Of a stretch of 64,000 nt of DNA, positions 45,581-57,297 are shown piece after piece. Each line of letters begins with the position of its first letter. Position 1 is the stretch's first letter. A program made the position numbers and the translations under genes. The notes under the pieces were generated by a model. It saw only the letters and a program-made list of their open reading frames with translations, made no database searches and was not told the DNA's origin. Origin of the DNA: Blastocladiella emersonii ATCC 22665 (Eukaryota; Fungi; Blastocladiomycota); the NCBI GenBank assembly GCA_025594325.1, contig JANHCV010000005.1, positions 682,001 to 746,000 of the forward strand, read 5' to 3'.

Positions 45581-47458
45581 TCACGCCGCCGATGGTGCCG
45601 CCGCGACCACCTTGGCCTTCTTGCTCCCGCCCTTGCCGCCCTTCTTCCCAAAGTCCTTGCGCGGCTTAAGCTTCCCGCCCGAGATATCGACCCACTCGGA
45701 CAGCATGCGTCGGACGAGCTGGTCGACGGCCACGGCGTTCGGGTGCGCCTTGACGCGGGCCGCGCCGCCGGGCTCGCTGTCCGTAGCGACGCCGGGGAAC
45801 GTGATGGAGCTCGACGCGTCCGACGCCCCCGCCGCGGCGGACGACGCGGACTCGGCGTGACGGCGGTCGACGGGCGTGGTGTGGAACGGGTCCCAGGTCG
45901 AGACGCGGTGGTACGACCACGCGAGCTCCTGGATGAAGCACGACAGCGCGTCGGGCGAGAAGATGCGCTCGGCGAACTGCCGGCCTGTGCGCGCCATGGC
46001 TTCGGGCGACAGTTCTGCGGGGGCGGTGTCGGGCTCGGTTGGCTCGACGTCGTCATCCTCGAAGGCGGCGGCGGTGGTAGGTGGCGGGACGCGCTCAACC
46101 ACAGCGCCGCGGTGGGCGCGTTCCCGCAGCTCGGCGTCAGTCGAGTTCCGGGCCGCCGCGCGTCGGTCCGCGTCGCCGATCGCGCGCATGATACCGGGCA
46201 GCGCGTCCCAGTTGTTGTCGGGCATCTCGATCCAGTGGGTGCCGTTGACGAGCAGCGGCGAGAAGAACTCGCGGAAGAAGACCTTGTGCGAGACGACGAG
46301 CGACCCGCACAGGAGCTGGAACTTGAGCCGTCCGCTGTGCGCCCACCCCTCCGTGTACAGGAGGTACTTGTACCGGGCGCACTGCTCGGCCATGCTCATG
46401 TACCGGGCGCCCTCGGGCGGGGTCGCCGTCACGTCGAACGCGTCCTGCGGGAAGTGGCGCGCGGCGCGTAGCAGGGCGGCGCGGACCGGAACCAGGTTGT
46501 TCCCGCGCCACACGAGCTGGTCGCCGCGTTCCGCCCACGGCGCGGACTGCGCGACGACCGACAGCTCGGCGGCCGACTCGCGCCAGGTGCGCAGGCCGAC
46601 CTCGGGCCACCCGTAGAAGGCGTACTCGGGGAACACCCAGCCGTTGGCGCGGCCGACGGGCCGCGAGAAGGACCAGTAGTGGAAGTCGGTGTGGTGGTAG
46701 TCGCCGACGTGCAGCATGAAGTCGATGTCCGGGACGGGCGTCTTGGGCAGCCACGCGGGCCACTCGACGGCGGTCCCGTTCCCGCCGTTGGCGGCGGCGA
46801 GGACGGCGGCGACCTGGTCGCCGTGGCGCGCCGTGGCGCGGTCGACGGCCTCCTGCAGGAGCAGCAGCGACGACAGCGCGCGCGACTCCCACGCGGGCGC
46901 CAGCGGCTCGACGGCGAACAGCCGCCCGCCCACCAGCTGCGCGCGCAGGCACTCGTGGTGCCGCAGCTGGCAGTCGCGCAGCGTCGCGGCGAAATCGGAC
47001 CGCGACAGACCCCCGCGCGAGTGGTAGAAGGCCTCGGACTCGCGCGTCAGCGCGTGCAGGTCCGAGTACGCCGCGCACGTGTTGACGGGCCCGCTGCTGC
47101 TGCTGGGCGCGCTGGTGCCGAGCGGCGAGGCGGCGGGCGACGACTTGCGCGACTGCTGCTGCTGCCGCGCCGGACTCGGCGACACAGCAGGTGCGGGGGC
47201 AGCGGCGGATGCGACAGGGCGCACGGCGTGGGCAGGGACGACGCCGCGCTTGGACAGGACGACGGACCGCAGCAGCGACTGCGCGTGCGGGTGGTGGATG
47301 GCGGCGGCGAGGGCGACGGCAAAGGCCGTCAGCAGGGCGGCGACGACGGCCGTCTGCCACCGGCCCGTCCTTGCCTTAGCCTTGGCGGCATCGGCGCCGG
47401 AGCCCTTGCGCGATCGCGGCAGCAGGCTCGCTGCCGGCGCTTCCAGGGATGGATCCAT
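45581..47458 (-). CDS. Type II membrane glycosyltransferase family 90 (Cap10/KDELC-like)
   Basis: N-terminal TM anchor; PDIDFMLHVGD, WVFPEYAFYGWPE, LVWRG and YKYLLYTEGWAHSGRLKFQLLCGSLVV...FREFF. Confidence 0.88.
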   Translation of the reverse strand: MDPSLEAPAASLLPRSRKGSGADAAKAKARTGRWQTAVVAALLTAFAVALAAAIHHPHAQSLLRSVVLSKRGVVPAHAVRPVASAAAPAPAVSPSPARQQQQSRKSSPAASPLGTSAPSSSSGPVNTCAAYSDLHALTRESEAFYHSRGGLSRSDFAATLRDCQLRHHECLRAQLVGGRLFAVEPLAPAWESRALSSLLLLQEAVDRATARHGDQVAAVLAAANGGNGTAVEWPAWLPKTPVPDIDFMLHVGDYHHTDFHYWSFSRPVGRANGWVFPEYAFYGWPEVGLRTWRESAAELSVVAQSAPWAERGDQLVWRGNNLVPVRAALLRAARHFPQDAFDVTATPPEGARYMSMAEQCARYKYLLYTEGWAHSGRLKFQLLCGSLVVSHKVFFREFFSPLLVNGTHWIEMPDNNWDALPGIMRAIGDADRRAAARNSTDAELRERAHRGAVVERVPPPTTAAAFEDDDVEPTEPDTAPAELSPEAMARTGRQFAERIFSPDALSCFIQELAWSYHRVSTWDPFHTTPVDRRHAESASSAAAGASDASSSITFPGVATDSEPGGAARVKAHPNAVAVDQLVRRMLSEWVDISGGKLKPRKDFGKKGGKGGSKKAKVVAAAPSAA

Positions 47459-48164
47459 GTGCGTTGCGTCAAGTTCGGGGACTTGTGTGAGGTGGTGGTG
47501 AGGGAGCGGGAGGGACAGGTCGGCAGCGCAGAAAGAGCGGGACCGGGTGCCCGCCCGCCGCGCCACACGCCGCCACGCTCGCCTGGTCGCCCGCCTTCGC
47601 CGCGTGGGCCGTGCCGTCGCCTCGCCGTGGCCGCCAAGCTGGCCATGGTCGCTGACCCGCCGAGGCCGGCGAGGACACGGCAACCTTGTCCCCGCCAGCC
47701 TCGCGTCCGCGAATTCGACGCGTGGGAGGGCGGCGGGGCGCGCGATAGACTCGCTCGGACAGGCAACTCTACCGCCTGCCGCGGACAGAGTTGACCGCGC
47801 CACCACCACCACCGCGGCCGCGGATAGACCGTGTCGCCGCCACGAGACACTCGGGTGGAGACAATGATTCGCAACACGTGCGGCGCGAATCGGCCAGTCG
47901 AGAGCGAGGTCGGTCGAGTGGCTGCTGCGGCGCAGCCTTCCCTTCGCGCCACGCCCGACCGCCCCACCGCCTCCTCCTCTCCTCGACCCTCCCTCCGCCG
48001 CTGACATCGTGAAGCCCGCCGTCACTTGGCGCAACGCATCGTCTACACACTTGCTGCAATCGCACTTGCACCCGCGCCCGCGCCTCGCCCGCCCTCGCGC
48101 CCCAAGTCTAGAGCCTCTCCTCCTTCGAGTGGCGCTCGTCACCTCTCCACCCTCCACCACCACC

Positions 48165-49964
48165 ATGCGCCGGTCCACCCCTACTCGCTCGACCTCGTCC
48201 TCGACCAAGTCGGTGCTGGTTCTCGCCGCCGTAGCCGCGCTGGCGCTGCTCGCGGCGACCGCCCACGCCGCCCCGCAGGTCATGCCGCCCGCGTCGTCGG
48301 CCTCGTCGGCCTCGTCGCGTATCTCGGCCACCACGCCCTCCGCCGTGTCCAGCTCGGCCAGCCAGACGCCCACGCCGACGGCTTCGTCGGCGTCGTCCCG
48401 CATCTCGGCCACGACGCCGTCCGCCGTGTCCAACTCGGCCACCACGGTCCGCCGCACCGCCACCTCGTCGGGCCAGCCGCGCGCGACCTCGAGCCCGCTC
48501 GCCGACGAGGAGGACGACCCGTGCGCCAACGGCGTGTGCCAGGTGCAGGGCCGCGGGACGTGCCTGGTCATGGACAAGACCACCATCTGCCCCGGTACGC
48601 GACCCCGCCTCTATTCCCCCTCACTCCCCCACTACCCCTCGCTTATTTTTCCCGATCTGTGTGTAGCCTTTGCGAACATGTACCTGCCCGTCAACATGCA
48701 GGACTACTTTGCCACCAACTTCCCGCACAAGCGGTCCGACGCCATCCCGACCATCACCAACTCGACCGTCTTCGACCGCTTCTTCGTCCCGCGCTTCCTC
48801 GACAACGAGCCGCAGTTCGACATCCCCTACTCGTACTTTTCCAAGTACCGTGACAACTACATGTACCGCCAGGTCGGTTGCGGGGCGCCCACCCAGGCCT
48901 TTTTCAAGACTTGGGTCTGTTTGGACATGCTCCGCTTCTATGCGGCCAAGCAGGACCCGTGCTCGCGCGGCCTGGCGCCGCCGATCTGCGGCTCGACGCT
49001 CGAGGCGCGCGCCGCGTCCATCGAGCGCGACATTGCCAACTCGACCGTGTGCGACTCGAACCCGCTCGTCAAGAAGCTCGGCGCCGACTACGCCAACACC
49101 ATCCGCACGCTGCCGTGGCGCTCGGGCGCCAGCGGGTGCATCTCGGGCGAGGGCAACGAGGAGTCGGCGCCCGGCGCGCCCCAGAAGTGCGGCCTGTCCG
49201 ACTACGTCGTGTGCACGCAGCCCCAGCTGTGCCCCAAGAACACGCTGTCGCCCGCCGAGTGCGAGGTCGCCACCGCCAAGAAGAAGACGGTCCGCGTCCT
49301 CTCCGACTCGCTCGACACGGACCCGTCCCACTCGGCCACCTACGTCCTCATCGGGCTCTCGGCCGTCGCCGGACTCTCGCTCCTCGCCGGCCTCCTCGCC
49401 CTCAACAACATCCGCCGCCACGGCGTCCAGCTCGACCACGGCAAGGAGGCCGCCGCCGCCGCCTCGACTGCGCCCGCTGCTGCTGGTGCCGCCGGCAAGG
49501 CGCCCAAGCCCAACGGCACCGGTAACGGCAGCGCGGCGTCGGTCCCTATGGCCGGCAGCTCGTCGACGACCAACCTGCTCGCGCACGCGCCGAGCACCGG
49601 GTCCATGGCGGCCCCGCAGGGCTACGTGCCGTCGCCGTCGCCCGCCATGCCCGCCGTGTCGGCGCCCGTCGTCGGGTTCGCGCCCGCCCCCGTCCCGATC
49701 CCGTCGCCCGCCGAGCAGGTCCTCGCCACGCTCCCCGCCTACGTCCAGTACCAGGCCACCCAGAACGACGAGCTCACCGTCGTCCCCGGCCAGACGATCC
49801 AGGTCCTCCAGCAGTTCGACGACGGCTGGGCTCGCGGCCGTAACCTCGCCACGGGCATGGTCGGGTTCTTCCCGTACGTGTGCGTCCAGCCGCCTCAGCA
49901 GCAGCAGCAGCAGGCTGGTGGGTACAATGCCCGGTACGAGTCCATGGGCCGCCGTGGTCGCTAA
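48165..49964 (+). CDS. Signal peptide, Cys-rich ectodomain, TM and SH3; paralogue of 5386-6985; intron 48595-48666
   Basis: Shared CLV...C(P/R)x|F...YLP start with the same intron position, KTW.C.D.L.F and CG.TL..RA.S; SH3 YQATQNDELTVVPG...DDGWARG...GFFPYVCV. Confidence 0.88.
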   Translation: MRRSTPTRSTSSSTKSVLVLAAVAALALLAATAHAAPQVMPPASSASSASSRISATTPSAVSSSASQTPTPTASSASSRISATTPSAVSNSATTVRRTATSSGQPRATSSPLADEEDDPCANGVCQVQGRGTCLVMDKTTICPGTRPRLYSPSLPHYPSLIFPDLCVAFANMYLPVNMQDYFATNFPHKRSDAIPTITNSTVFDRFFVPRFLDNEPQFDIPYSYFSKYRDNYMYRQVGCGAPTQAFFKTWVCLDMLRFYAAKQDPCSRGLAPPICGSTLEARAASIERDIANSTVCDSNPLVKKLGADYANTIRTLPWRSGASGCISGEGNEESAPGAPQKCGLSDYVVCTQPQLCPKNTLSPAECEVATAKKKTVRVLSDSLDTDPSHSATYVLIGLSAVAGLSLLAGLLALNNIRRHGVQLDHGKEAAAAASTAPAAAGAAGKAPKPNGTGNGSAASVPMAGSSSTTNLLAHAPSTGSMAAPQGYVPSPSPAMPAVSAPVVGFAPAPVPIPSPAEQVLATLPAYVQYQATQNDELTVVPGQTIQVLQQFDDGWARGRNLATGMVGFFPYVCVQPPQQQQQQAGGYNARYESMGRRGR

Positions 49965-50237
49965 GTTGTGCGACGGTCTCGCAGTTTTGCTCCTCTCGTT
50001 TCTCCCCTCTCCCCTCCTCGTTTACAGTTGTTTCCCTCTCCCTCGCTATCTCGGCACCGGCGCTATGCCAACCTACAGCCGCTCGTTCCCTACCTTTCGC
50101 TCGCCATACATACACTTTTCTTGACGCACAGCGCTCGACGTGTACCAGAAACGGAAGGCTCCGTGGCCTGCGGCCTGGTCAAATGTGAACGGCACGGCCG
50201 CAACACGTTCTTTCTCTCCCAATCTTCACTTCCTGCA

Positions 50238-50597
50238 ATGACAATTGATCAACGACTCAACGCCTTGGTTGTGGCCCTCGCATCGCTTCTTTTCCCCGGC
50301 GTGACCACTCCCATCATCGTGATCACGCTGTTGGTCGACGCCTTCGCCTTCATCTCCTTCGTCTACGCGGGCCCGTCGACCACCGTGGCCGCGTTTTTCT
50401 GGGAATTCACCACCGTCTACATCATCAGCTTGACATGGTGGATATGCACCTTCTTCCGGCAAGACGGGAACAAGTTTGTCGGCCTCACCCTGATCAACGG
50501 CTACGTCATGTTCAATTTGCTGAACGCAGCGGGCGCGTGGCCGTATCCGGTAAAGTCCATGGTTGCCGCGGCCTTCGGGTACGCTTCGTGGCAATGA
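50238..50597 (+). CDS. Small multi-TM hypothetical protein (119 aa)
   Basis: Almost entirely hydrophobic ORF; weak resemblance to the gene at 53117 (FVGLTLIN vs FVSFALAN; AAFGYASW vs AHLGYAW). Confidence 0.55.
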   Translation: MTIDQRLNALVVALASLLFPGVTTPIIVITLLVDAFAFISFVYAGPSTTVAAFFWEFTTVYIISLTWWICTFFRQDGNKFVGLTLINGYVMFNLLNAAGAWPYPVKSMVAAAFGYASWQ

Positions 50598-51149
50598 TTG
50601 TCGGACAGGTTATCTCACGGCGTTCTCGTCTATCGTAGCTACTTGCTCCAGTATTTCGTCACGCAGTACAAGGCCGAGCCGGTCCCCGGCCGCGACCGTT
50701 GACGAGTCGACGGCCGCGGCGGCTGTCCATGGACGCGACGCGCCACACCACCTGACCCGCTTCGCCCCTCCCCAGACCGGTCGAGTCCTCCCGTTGCGCA
50801 TCACATGCAATAAAAAGAGTCTATGCAACGTTTTTGGAGCCCTTAGATGATATCTTTGCGACGTTCTCCGCAACGCCTCGCGTTCTTGTTGTCCCCGACG
50901 CCACCGTGGACCGTAAGCCTCGACCGTGACACCGTGTTGTCGAAAGCGTTGGCGTTGAGCGACCAGCCAGTTCGCCCCAAAAGATCCGCTGCCGTGATCG
51001 ACGCGCGGCGCTGACCGCAGCAGCGGCCGAAGCAGCGAACAGGCGTCGCCACCCACCGCCACAGTTGAGCTGCTGCGGCCTGTTCTCGCTCTTTCCCCTC
51101 ACCCTTCCGGCCGCCAGAGCCCCTGCTGCCGTGCTGCAGCGTCTCCACT

Positions 51150-52512
51150 ATGATCCTTCGCTTCCTCGCCATGGCCGCCGTCGCGGCGATCGCCGTGCTG
51201 GCCGCCGCCGTGCCCGCCAACGCGCTCGTGACGGACTCGGCCCTCGTCTACCTCCCCGCCGCCGGCCGCGCCTACGCCTTTGGCGGCGTCCCGCTCAACA
51301 GTTCCGCGCCCACGTCCGCGAACTACACCATCGACCCCGGCAACACGAGCGACACGCAGGCACTGGCGTCGGCCGCAATCACCAAGGTCGTCCATCTCCC
51401 GCGCCCGGACCGCCTCGTCGTTCCGCTCGCTGTCGGCACCGAGATCTACCTGCTCGGCGGGCTCGCCGACGGCGGCGCCGGCGCCAACCTGACGTGGACC
51501 GTGGTGACGGGGCTCGGATCGTCGTCGCCGCCCAGCAACGCGACGGTCGGCGTTAAGTCGCTCCCCGCGCCGACGAGAATGATTGGTAACTTCTCGGCGG
51601 CCGCGCGCCAGGCCGGTATTTTCGCTGCACCGGGACGCGAGTCCGTGGCGGCCACGTTCTTCGTGACTGGCAGCCCGCTGCAGAACGGGACGGCTGGACT
51701 CGTTCGCTTGGAAGTTGATGCGGCTGGCGGCGGTAACGGCAAACCTCGCAGTACTCAGTACGCGCTGCCCGGCGCTGCCCGGCGCTGCTCAGCGCGCGCA
51801 CGCCGCGCTCGTGGCCGTCAACCAGTGCACGGCCGTCGTGACGGGCGGCGTGGCCGCGAGCACCGGGCAGCCGATGGCCGACATTTACGTTGTGAACATG
51901 GCGGGGACAAGTCCGACGGCGTCGCTTGTACGTTTCGTGCCTCGATCTCCAACGCGGACGACCATGAACTCATTGTACCGCCTCTGCCGTGTAGTACCCC
52001 CACCCGCTCAACTTCCCGCGCCAGCACCACTAGTCCGTCGCTATCCCCGACCCGCGCGCGACGGCCGCCAACCGGACCGTGGTCGTTGTGCTCGGCGGCC
52101 ACGACGCCTCGCTCCTCGAGTACTTTGACCCGTACACAACCACCAAGCCCGTCGCCGCGAACGCGACGGTTCCCGCTGACGGACCCGCCGCTGGCATGAC
52201 GCGCCATGCGATGCTCGCGCTCGGCGACAAGATCATGGTGTTTGGCGGTCGGGCAACGCGCAGGCGCGGTTTCTCACGGTGTCCACGGCGGGTGACGGTG
52301 GGCTGCAGTTCATCTGGATTCCGGCCAAGTCGGCGGCCGAGGGCGCTGCGGCAGCGGACCGCAGTGGCGATGCTGATTCGGGTAAGAAGTCGGGCGGGAT
52401 GTCGGGGACCACGATGCTCATCATCTTTGCCTCGGTCATCGTCGTGGGCGTCGTCGCGTACGGGATCATTGGGTGGCTCGGGTACGGGCATCTGTGGTTC
52501 TCGCACTACTGA
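51150..52512 (+). pseudogene. Secreted/type I membrane kelch-repeat protein, disrupted
   Basis: Signal peptide; AYAFGG, IYLLGG, VVTGG, VVVLGG and MVFGG kelch motifs; C-terminal TM. Lesions: 10-bp duplication (51764-51783), in-frame TAG 52031-52033 and a 1-nt loss near 52250. Intron about 51928-51994. Confidence 0.7.
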
Positions 52513-53116
52513 GTCGGATCGGGATTGTCCCGTCCGTGCGATAGAATAGATTGAAGTGCCTCGCGTCTTGTGCGCCACACTCAGAGAGGTCCAAGGTAAG
52601 GGAGTTCTTGAGGCATCAGACGCGTCGTGCGCGTCGAGCGCGTCGTATTCTCTCGCTGCGAGACATCACGTGAGCGATGTGAGACGCGTTCAATCTCCGC
52701 CTCTCGCCTTGGCCTGTGCTTGAAAACCCGCAATTCGGCACGATGCTGGTTCACGCAGCAGAACGCGTCGGCACAAAATCGCGTTCTGCAACGAACGGCG
52801 GGTGTCGGCCACGCGACGACACGGCTCGCCTCCCCTCAGGCAATCCCGCGCAAACTTGTCCTGTCAGGCGGTCACTTGACATCCGATTCCCATCGTCAGG
52901 CGGTCTGCACCATCTATGCTTCGGCGGATAACGACGCCGCCCGTCTGCTTTTCGCTGGTGTACCTGGGTGGTTGGCCGAATACCTGGTCGTTTGCTGGGC
53001 ACGGCAACGTCTCGCCACCGCCGCGTATATTTAAGGTCGTTGCCCCCAGAGTAGCTTCTACAACTCGAACCCTCGTCCTGCTCGTTCCTCATCTATCGCT
53101 CGTTCGTCTCGCAACC

Positions 53117-53668
53117 ATGACCACGGCCACTCCGAATACGACCACGACCACGACCATGGCCGCCGCCGTCCCGACACCCGCATCGTCGCGCTACTTCCGC
53201 GGCCTCGTCGCCCTCCTCCTGGTCCTCACGCTGATCGGCGCGGCGGCCCTTACCGGCCTCGGGCTCAAGGATGGCAGTGTGCGCTCAGACACGTTGGCCT
53301 ACATTGTTGAGTTCGTGGTGACGCTTTGGGGCCTGCACGCGGTCCACACTCGCAACACGGCCCACTTCGTCTCATTCGCGCTGGCCAACTCGGTCGTGGC
53401 CCTAGCGTACACGATCGCGAACGCGGTGCAGGGCCACGCGGTTGAGATCGGCGTCGGGATTGGGCTCTGGTACGTGATCGCAACGTTTCCTCTCAAGGTT
53501 TGGTGTGGGGAGTTCTGACAGTGCGCGCTTCGTAGCGTGATGGCCATCGCCCACCTCGGCTACGCCTGGAAGATCAAGAACGAGGCGCGTATCGCCGCGG
53601 CTGCCGGTGGTGCTGGCGTGAAGGCGCAGGCTATGCGCGCGGCCGACGCCGCCGCCATGGTGGTCTAG
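53117..53668 (+). CDS. Small multi-TM hypothetical protein; exons 53117-53469, 53536-53668
   Basis: 66-nt GTACGT...TAG intron gives ...GIGLCVMAIAHLGYAWKIKNE...AADAAAMVV*; about four hydrophobic segments. Confidence 0.7.
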
Positions 53669-53849
53669 TCCAGCAAGCGACGACTTGCCATGGACGTGGT
53701 GAGCCGTGCCGCCTGTCCTCGTCCGCGTCATTACGTCGCAGTGCGAGAGATCGTGGTCGATATACACCGTGATGACAAATCAGTCTGTGTCTGTGACCTT
53801 GACGTTTCAGAAAAGAGAGTGAACCCTGTATTGCAGCGTGAACCGAGGC

Positions 53850-54040
53850 ATGAACTGCGCGCCTTGATCTTCGAGCCCGTACGCGTCGTGCGCTGTGTTC
53901 TCGACGTCCCACCGCGGCCGCGCCGCCGTGAGATTGAGGAGGAACTGCGTGTGGTTGAGCAGCCACTCGCTGCCGCGACCACTGTCTACAATCGGCGCGC
54001 CGCCGAGTAGTGGTTTGCGACAACCGACGGGTGTAAGGGT
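53850..54040 (-). pseudogene. Decayed 3' fragment of a PPN1-like gene
   Basis: HTQFLLNLTAARPRWDVENTAHDAYGLED vs YTQFFLNLTAPRPRWAVEYTARDAYGLED at 63.6-63.7 kb; obvious nucleotide similarity. Confidence 0.85.
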
Positions 54041-55123
54041 GCACGAGCCGTGGGACCGTGGGAGCAAGCGCACGAGATGTTAACGACGCGCCAACGCGCA
54101 GCGCGACCGGCCTCAGCGCGGCGCTCGCCCACTTTCCCCAAGAGACGATTGCAGACCGCGAAGTTGGTCGCAGGGTCGGTGCGAGCCAGGCGGCCGTTGG
54201 CGTGGTAGCGGAGCTCGCCGCCGTTGGCTTCGCGGACCTTGTCCGCATGCTCCAGGAGGCGCGCCCGGGTCGCGACCTGAGTGGAGGAACTGCGACGCTC
54301 ATCAAGATTGCTCTCTTACACCGCCAGGGTAGCGGGAGCGGACGAGGCGGATTTGGTCGGGGTCGGGTTTGGCGGCGTAGGACGAGTCCCGCCGTTCCTC
54401 GCACGCAGCCCCTCTTTGAATACACATCACGTTTAACACGGTCATCGACTCGTGCATGTATGCATGGCGTTGTCGTGAGGCAGGTCGCGATGGTACCGGG
54501 CGGCGTGCGGGGCGGCACGGTAGATTAGCCGGCTCCGCGGTCAGGTGAGTGGCGCGACGCGTCTCGCACGCACGCGCGCGTGTGCGAGACACGCCGCGGA
54601 ACAACCATCGGCAAACTGCACGCACGCACAAACAAATCACGAGCTAATTGGCGGGAAAAGGAGGCTCATTGAAACCCCAAAGCCCGCGTGGAGCAAAAGC
54701 GAGCACGAGGAGTGCTGCGTATACCAAAAGAAAAGAAGACTGTGGTTGTACCACATTCGTGACGATCTCAGGTGCCACGTTCACGACAGACCAAGGAAGG
54801 GTCGAACACTGCGCGTTGCCCTCGCCCCTGGCTGAAGGATCATGACCCTCCTACGCCACGTTGCGGACATGTATTGTAGGCCGGATCCGATCCAACTCGT
54901 TGCCGCAGCTCTGCTCCGTCCCCGTACCCGCACATGCTAGTCTGCGCAAGCTCACTCACTGGCTTCAATGTATAACGATATGCACGAAGCGCGAAGGTAG
55001 CAATCGAAGGTAGCGAGCGATCCGCGCGTCATGTCGGTGAGGTCAACGAAGACCCCTTCCGAGGATCATTCCTTGGGCCTTGCGCGCCGTCAGCGCGTAC
55101 GCGAGCTTGCGCAGAAAATGAGC

Positions 55124-56143
55124 TCAATGGAGCGTCTTGGATATCCCGGCCAGCTCGTTCTGGAGGCGGAACGACGTGATCTCGCGGCGCAGCCGGAAGC
55201 AGCCATCAGGAATCCCGGGTAGCGTGGGCATGTGACCCAGATCCTTGTTGGGCCGAATGATGACAGCCTCAAGTTCGTCATTCGCATCGGTGTCGATGCT
55301 CTCGACCCAGCCAATGACGCCGTTCACGATCCCACGACTTGACGATGCAAAGTCCACAATAGCCGGTTAGTTGACGCGTTGTCGGGCCAGTTAAAATGAC
55401 GCGGTGACGTACGGCGGGCGTGTTGATGGTCCGGGTGACGATGACACGCGCCCCAGCAAACAGCTTGAGAGTCGACGGGACGTGGTCCGTCTTGCTCGAT
55501 GGAACCAGTTTTGCACAGTTGAGCAGGCGCTGGTCGCTGGTCGCTGGTCGCTGTCGATCTGGCCGCTGCTCCCAAGGACGAGCTGCCGCCAAAGGAGTGG
55601 TCCAGTTGCCGAGAGCTTGCGGGCGAGACGAGATCGACGCAGTCGAGGTCAAAGGTTTCGTCAGGTTGGAGCCCGAGCCGCCGCGTGTGTTTCGCGGTGG
55701 GCCATCGTGTTCCACGCGTCATGCACCGAGTTCTGCGCCGTGATGAGCACCTGGTCGCTCTACTTGAAGAGTTGGTCTGGGTGTTGGCCCAGCACGACTT
55801 CTGCTCGACGCGAACAGATGTACTCACTCGATCACGCGCTGCGAGACGTTGCAGTTGCGCAGGTCCTTGAGCACGTCAAGGGAGCCTGCGTCGCCCGACT
55901 GCCGCACCTGCTGGACGAGGCAGGAGACCGGGTCAAAGGCGAGCCACGGGTCTTGACCGATGTTGGCATCAGTTTGAGTTCTGCTGACAAGGATCACTTG
56001 AGCAGCTGGATCGGTCGAGCCGCCGCCCGCGCCGCCGGGTCGCGTGTTCTTGATCGTGTAGAGTTGTTGGAAAGACTGCACGACGACCGAGTCGTTGTCG
56101 TTCGGGTTTCGGAACACGCCGGCACACTCGGAGAACGATACAC
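55124..56143 (-). mobile_element. Helitron PIF1-like helicase C-terminal remnant with frameshifts and stops
   Basis: QVLITAQNSVHDAWN, PSTLKLFAGARVIVTRTIN, RGIVNGVIGWVESID and LPGIPDG resemble Helitron helicase 2B/C-terminal motifs. Confidence 0.7.
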
Positions 56144-57297
56144 CGCGCCGCACCTCGCGCGACCAGAACAAGGAGACGTCCTTCCGCCTGCGCGCGCTCG
56201 CCAACAAGCTGCCGTGCCGCGAGTCGCTGCACTCGGTCGGCCGCATCGCTGTGCCCAACTGTGGCAGGGCCGAGTGCATCGCGAGCGAGGACCTCGAGAC
56301 CCGCTGCCGCACGTGCCGCGAAGCGCTCGACATGGCGCCCCGCTGCTCGTGCCGCCAGGTGGACACGCCGTTCCACTGGTTCCAGTGCCAGCTCATGGAC
56401 GACCAGCGCTTCGAGACGCTCGACCAGATCACCAAGTCGTGGCTCGGCCAGCTCACGTCCGTCGGCGCGGCCAAGCACGACGCCGCCCTGAACCCCGCCG
56501 CCGCCCTGAACCCCGCCGCCGGCGTGCTGATCGACGCGCTGCTCGGCCCCGACCTGCTGCACCTGCAGCGCCTCGACCTCGGCGAGCTGCGCGCCGACCG
56601 CGCCGCGATGCTCGCCGCTCGCGTAGCGGCGATCCTCGGCTGGGTAGCCTCGCGCCACGCGGCGGAAGCGGCCGGCCTGCCGATCCCTGGCGAGGACGCG
56701 CTGCCGCACGCTACCACGCACATCCCCGCCGCCGCCGCGGCTCGCCTGTCCGCCTGCGCCATCACGCGCGGCGCGGTGCATGCGTGTCGCGAGTTCCTGG
56801 GCAGCCCGGCCGCCGCCGCCGCCGCCGCGACTGCGCTCCACCCGCTCCCGTCCCCGCGCCGCCTCGCCGCTCAGCTGAACGACGCCGCCGCGTCGCTGCT
56901 GCGCTCGCGCATGTGGGTGCCGTACGTTGGGTCCCAGACCATCGCCCGGGTCCAGACGCCGCACCGCAACGCTCGGTACCGCCGCCGCCGTAACGAACGA
57001 GTGCGCCCGCTCGCGCCGACGCGCCAGCGCCGCCGCGGTGAGACCCGCGACCAGCCGCAGGGCCAGGCCCGCGCCGAGTTCTTCATGTCAGCCCGCCGGG
57101 GGGGGGGGGCACGCTCGCCTGATCGCTGAGCTCGCCCGGCGCGACGTCGCGTGGGCCTGACGCGCAGGAGAGTGCCCCTCGACGGTCAAGGTCGCTCGTA
57201 CGCGAAGGTCGCTCGTACGCGTCAATAGCGCGTGTGTCCGCATACTGTTGTCCCTCCTTCACGGTTCGATGAGCTTTTTACATATAATCTTGTTCTT
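56144..57297 (+). mobile_element. 5'-truncated non-LTR retrotransposon (LINE) fragment flanked by a 16-bp target-site duplication
   Basis: TCGGAGAACGATACAC at 56128-56143 and 57298-57313. The ORF carries TSFRLRALANKLPCRESL and CSCRQVDTPFHWFQC (zf-RVT/CCHC-like end of LINE ORF2), with a stop at 57127-57129. Confidence 0.75.
57188..57221 (+). repeat. 17-bp tandem duplication AAGGTCGCTCGTACGCG x2 in the LINE 3' region
   Basis: Read directly from the sequence. Confidence 0.9.

Noticed and set aside
47459-48586. 1001-aa ORF extending GT90 upstream
   Set aside because: The extension is promoter sequence and antisense of the divergent SH3 gene; the GT90 TM anchor follows ATG 47458.
24206-48666. 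Four stop-free introns with lengths divisible by three (HMT, EH, CDC50, SH3 paralogue) as regulated intron retention
   Set aside because: Short GC-rich introns often lack stops by chance, and the retained peptides interrupt conserved motifs. There is no evidence without RNA data.
54900-54960. CTAG near 54937-54940 as a Helitron 3' terminus
   Set aside because: There is no preceding GC-rich hairpin and the minus-strand CTAG is not followed by T.
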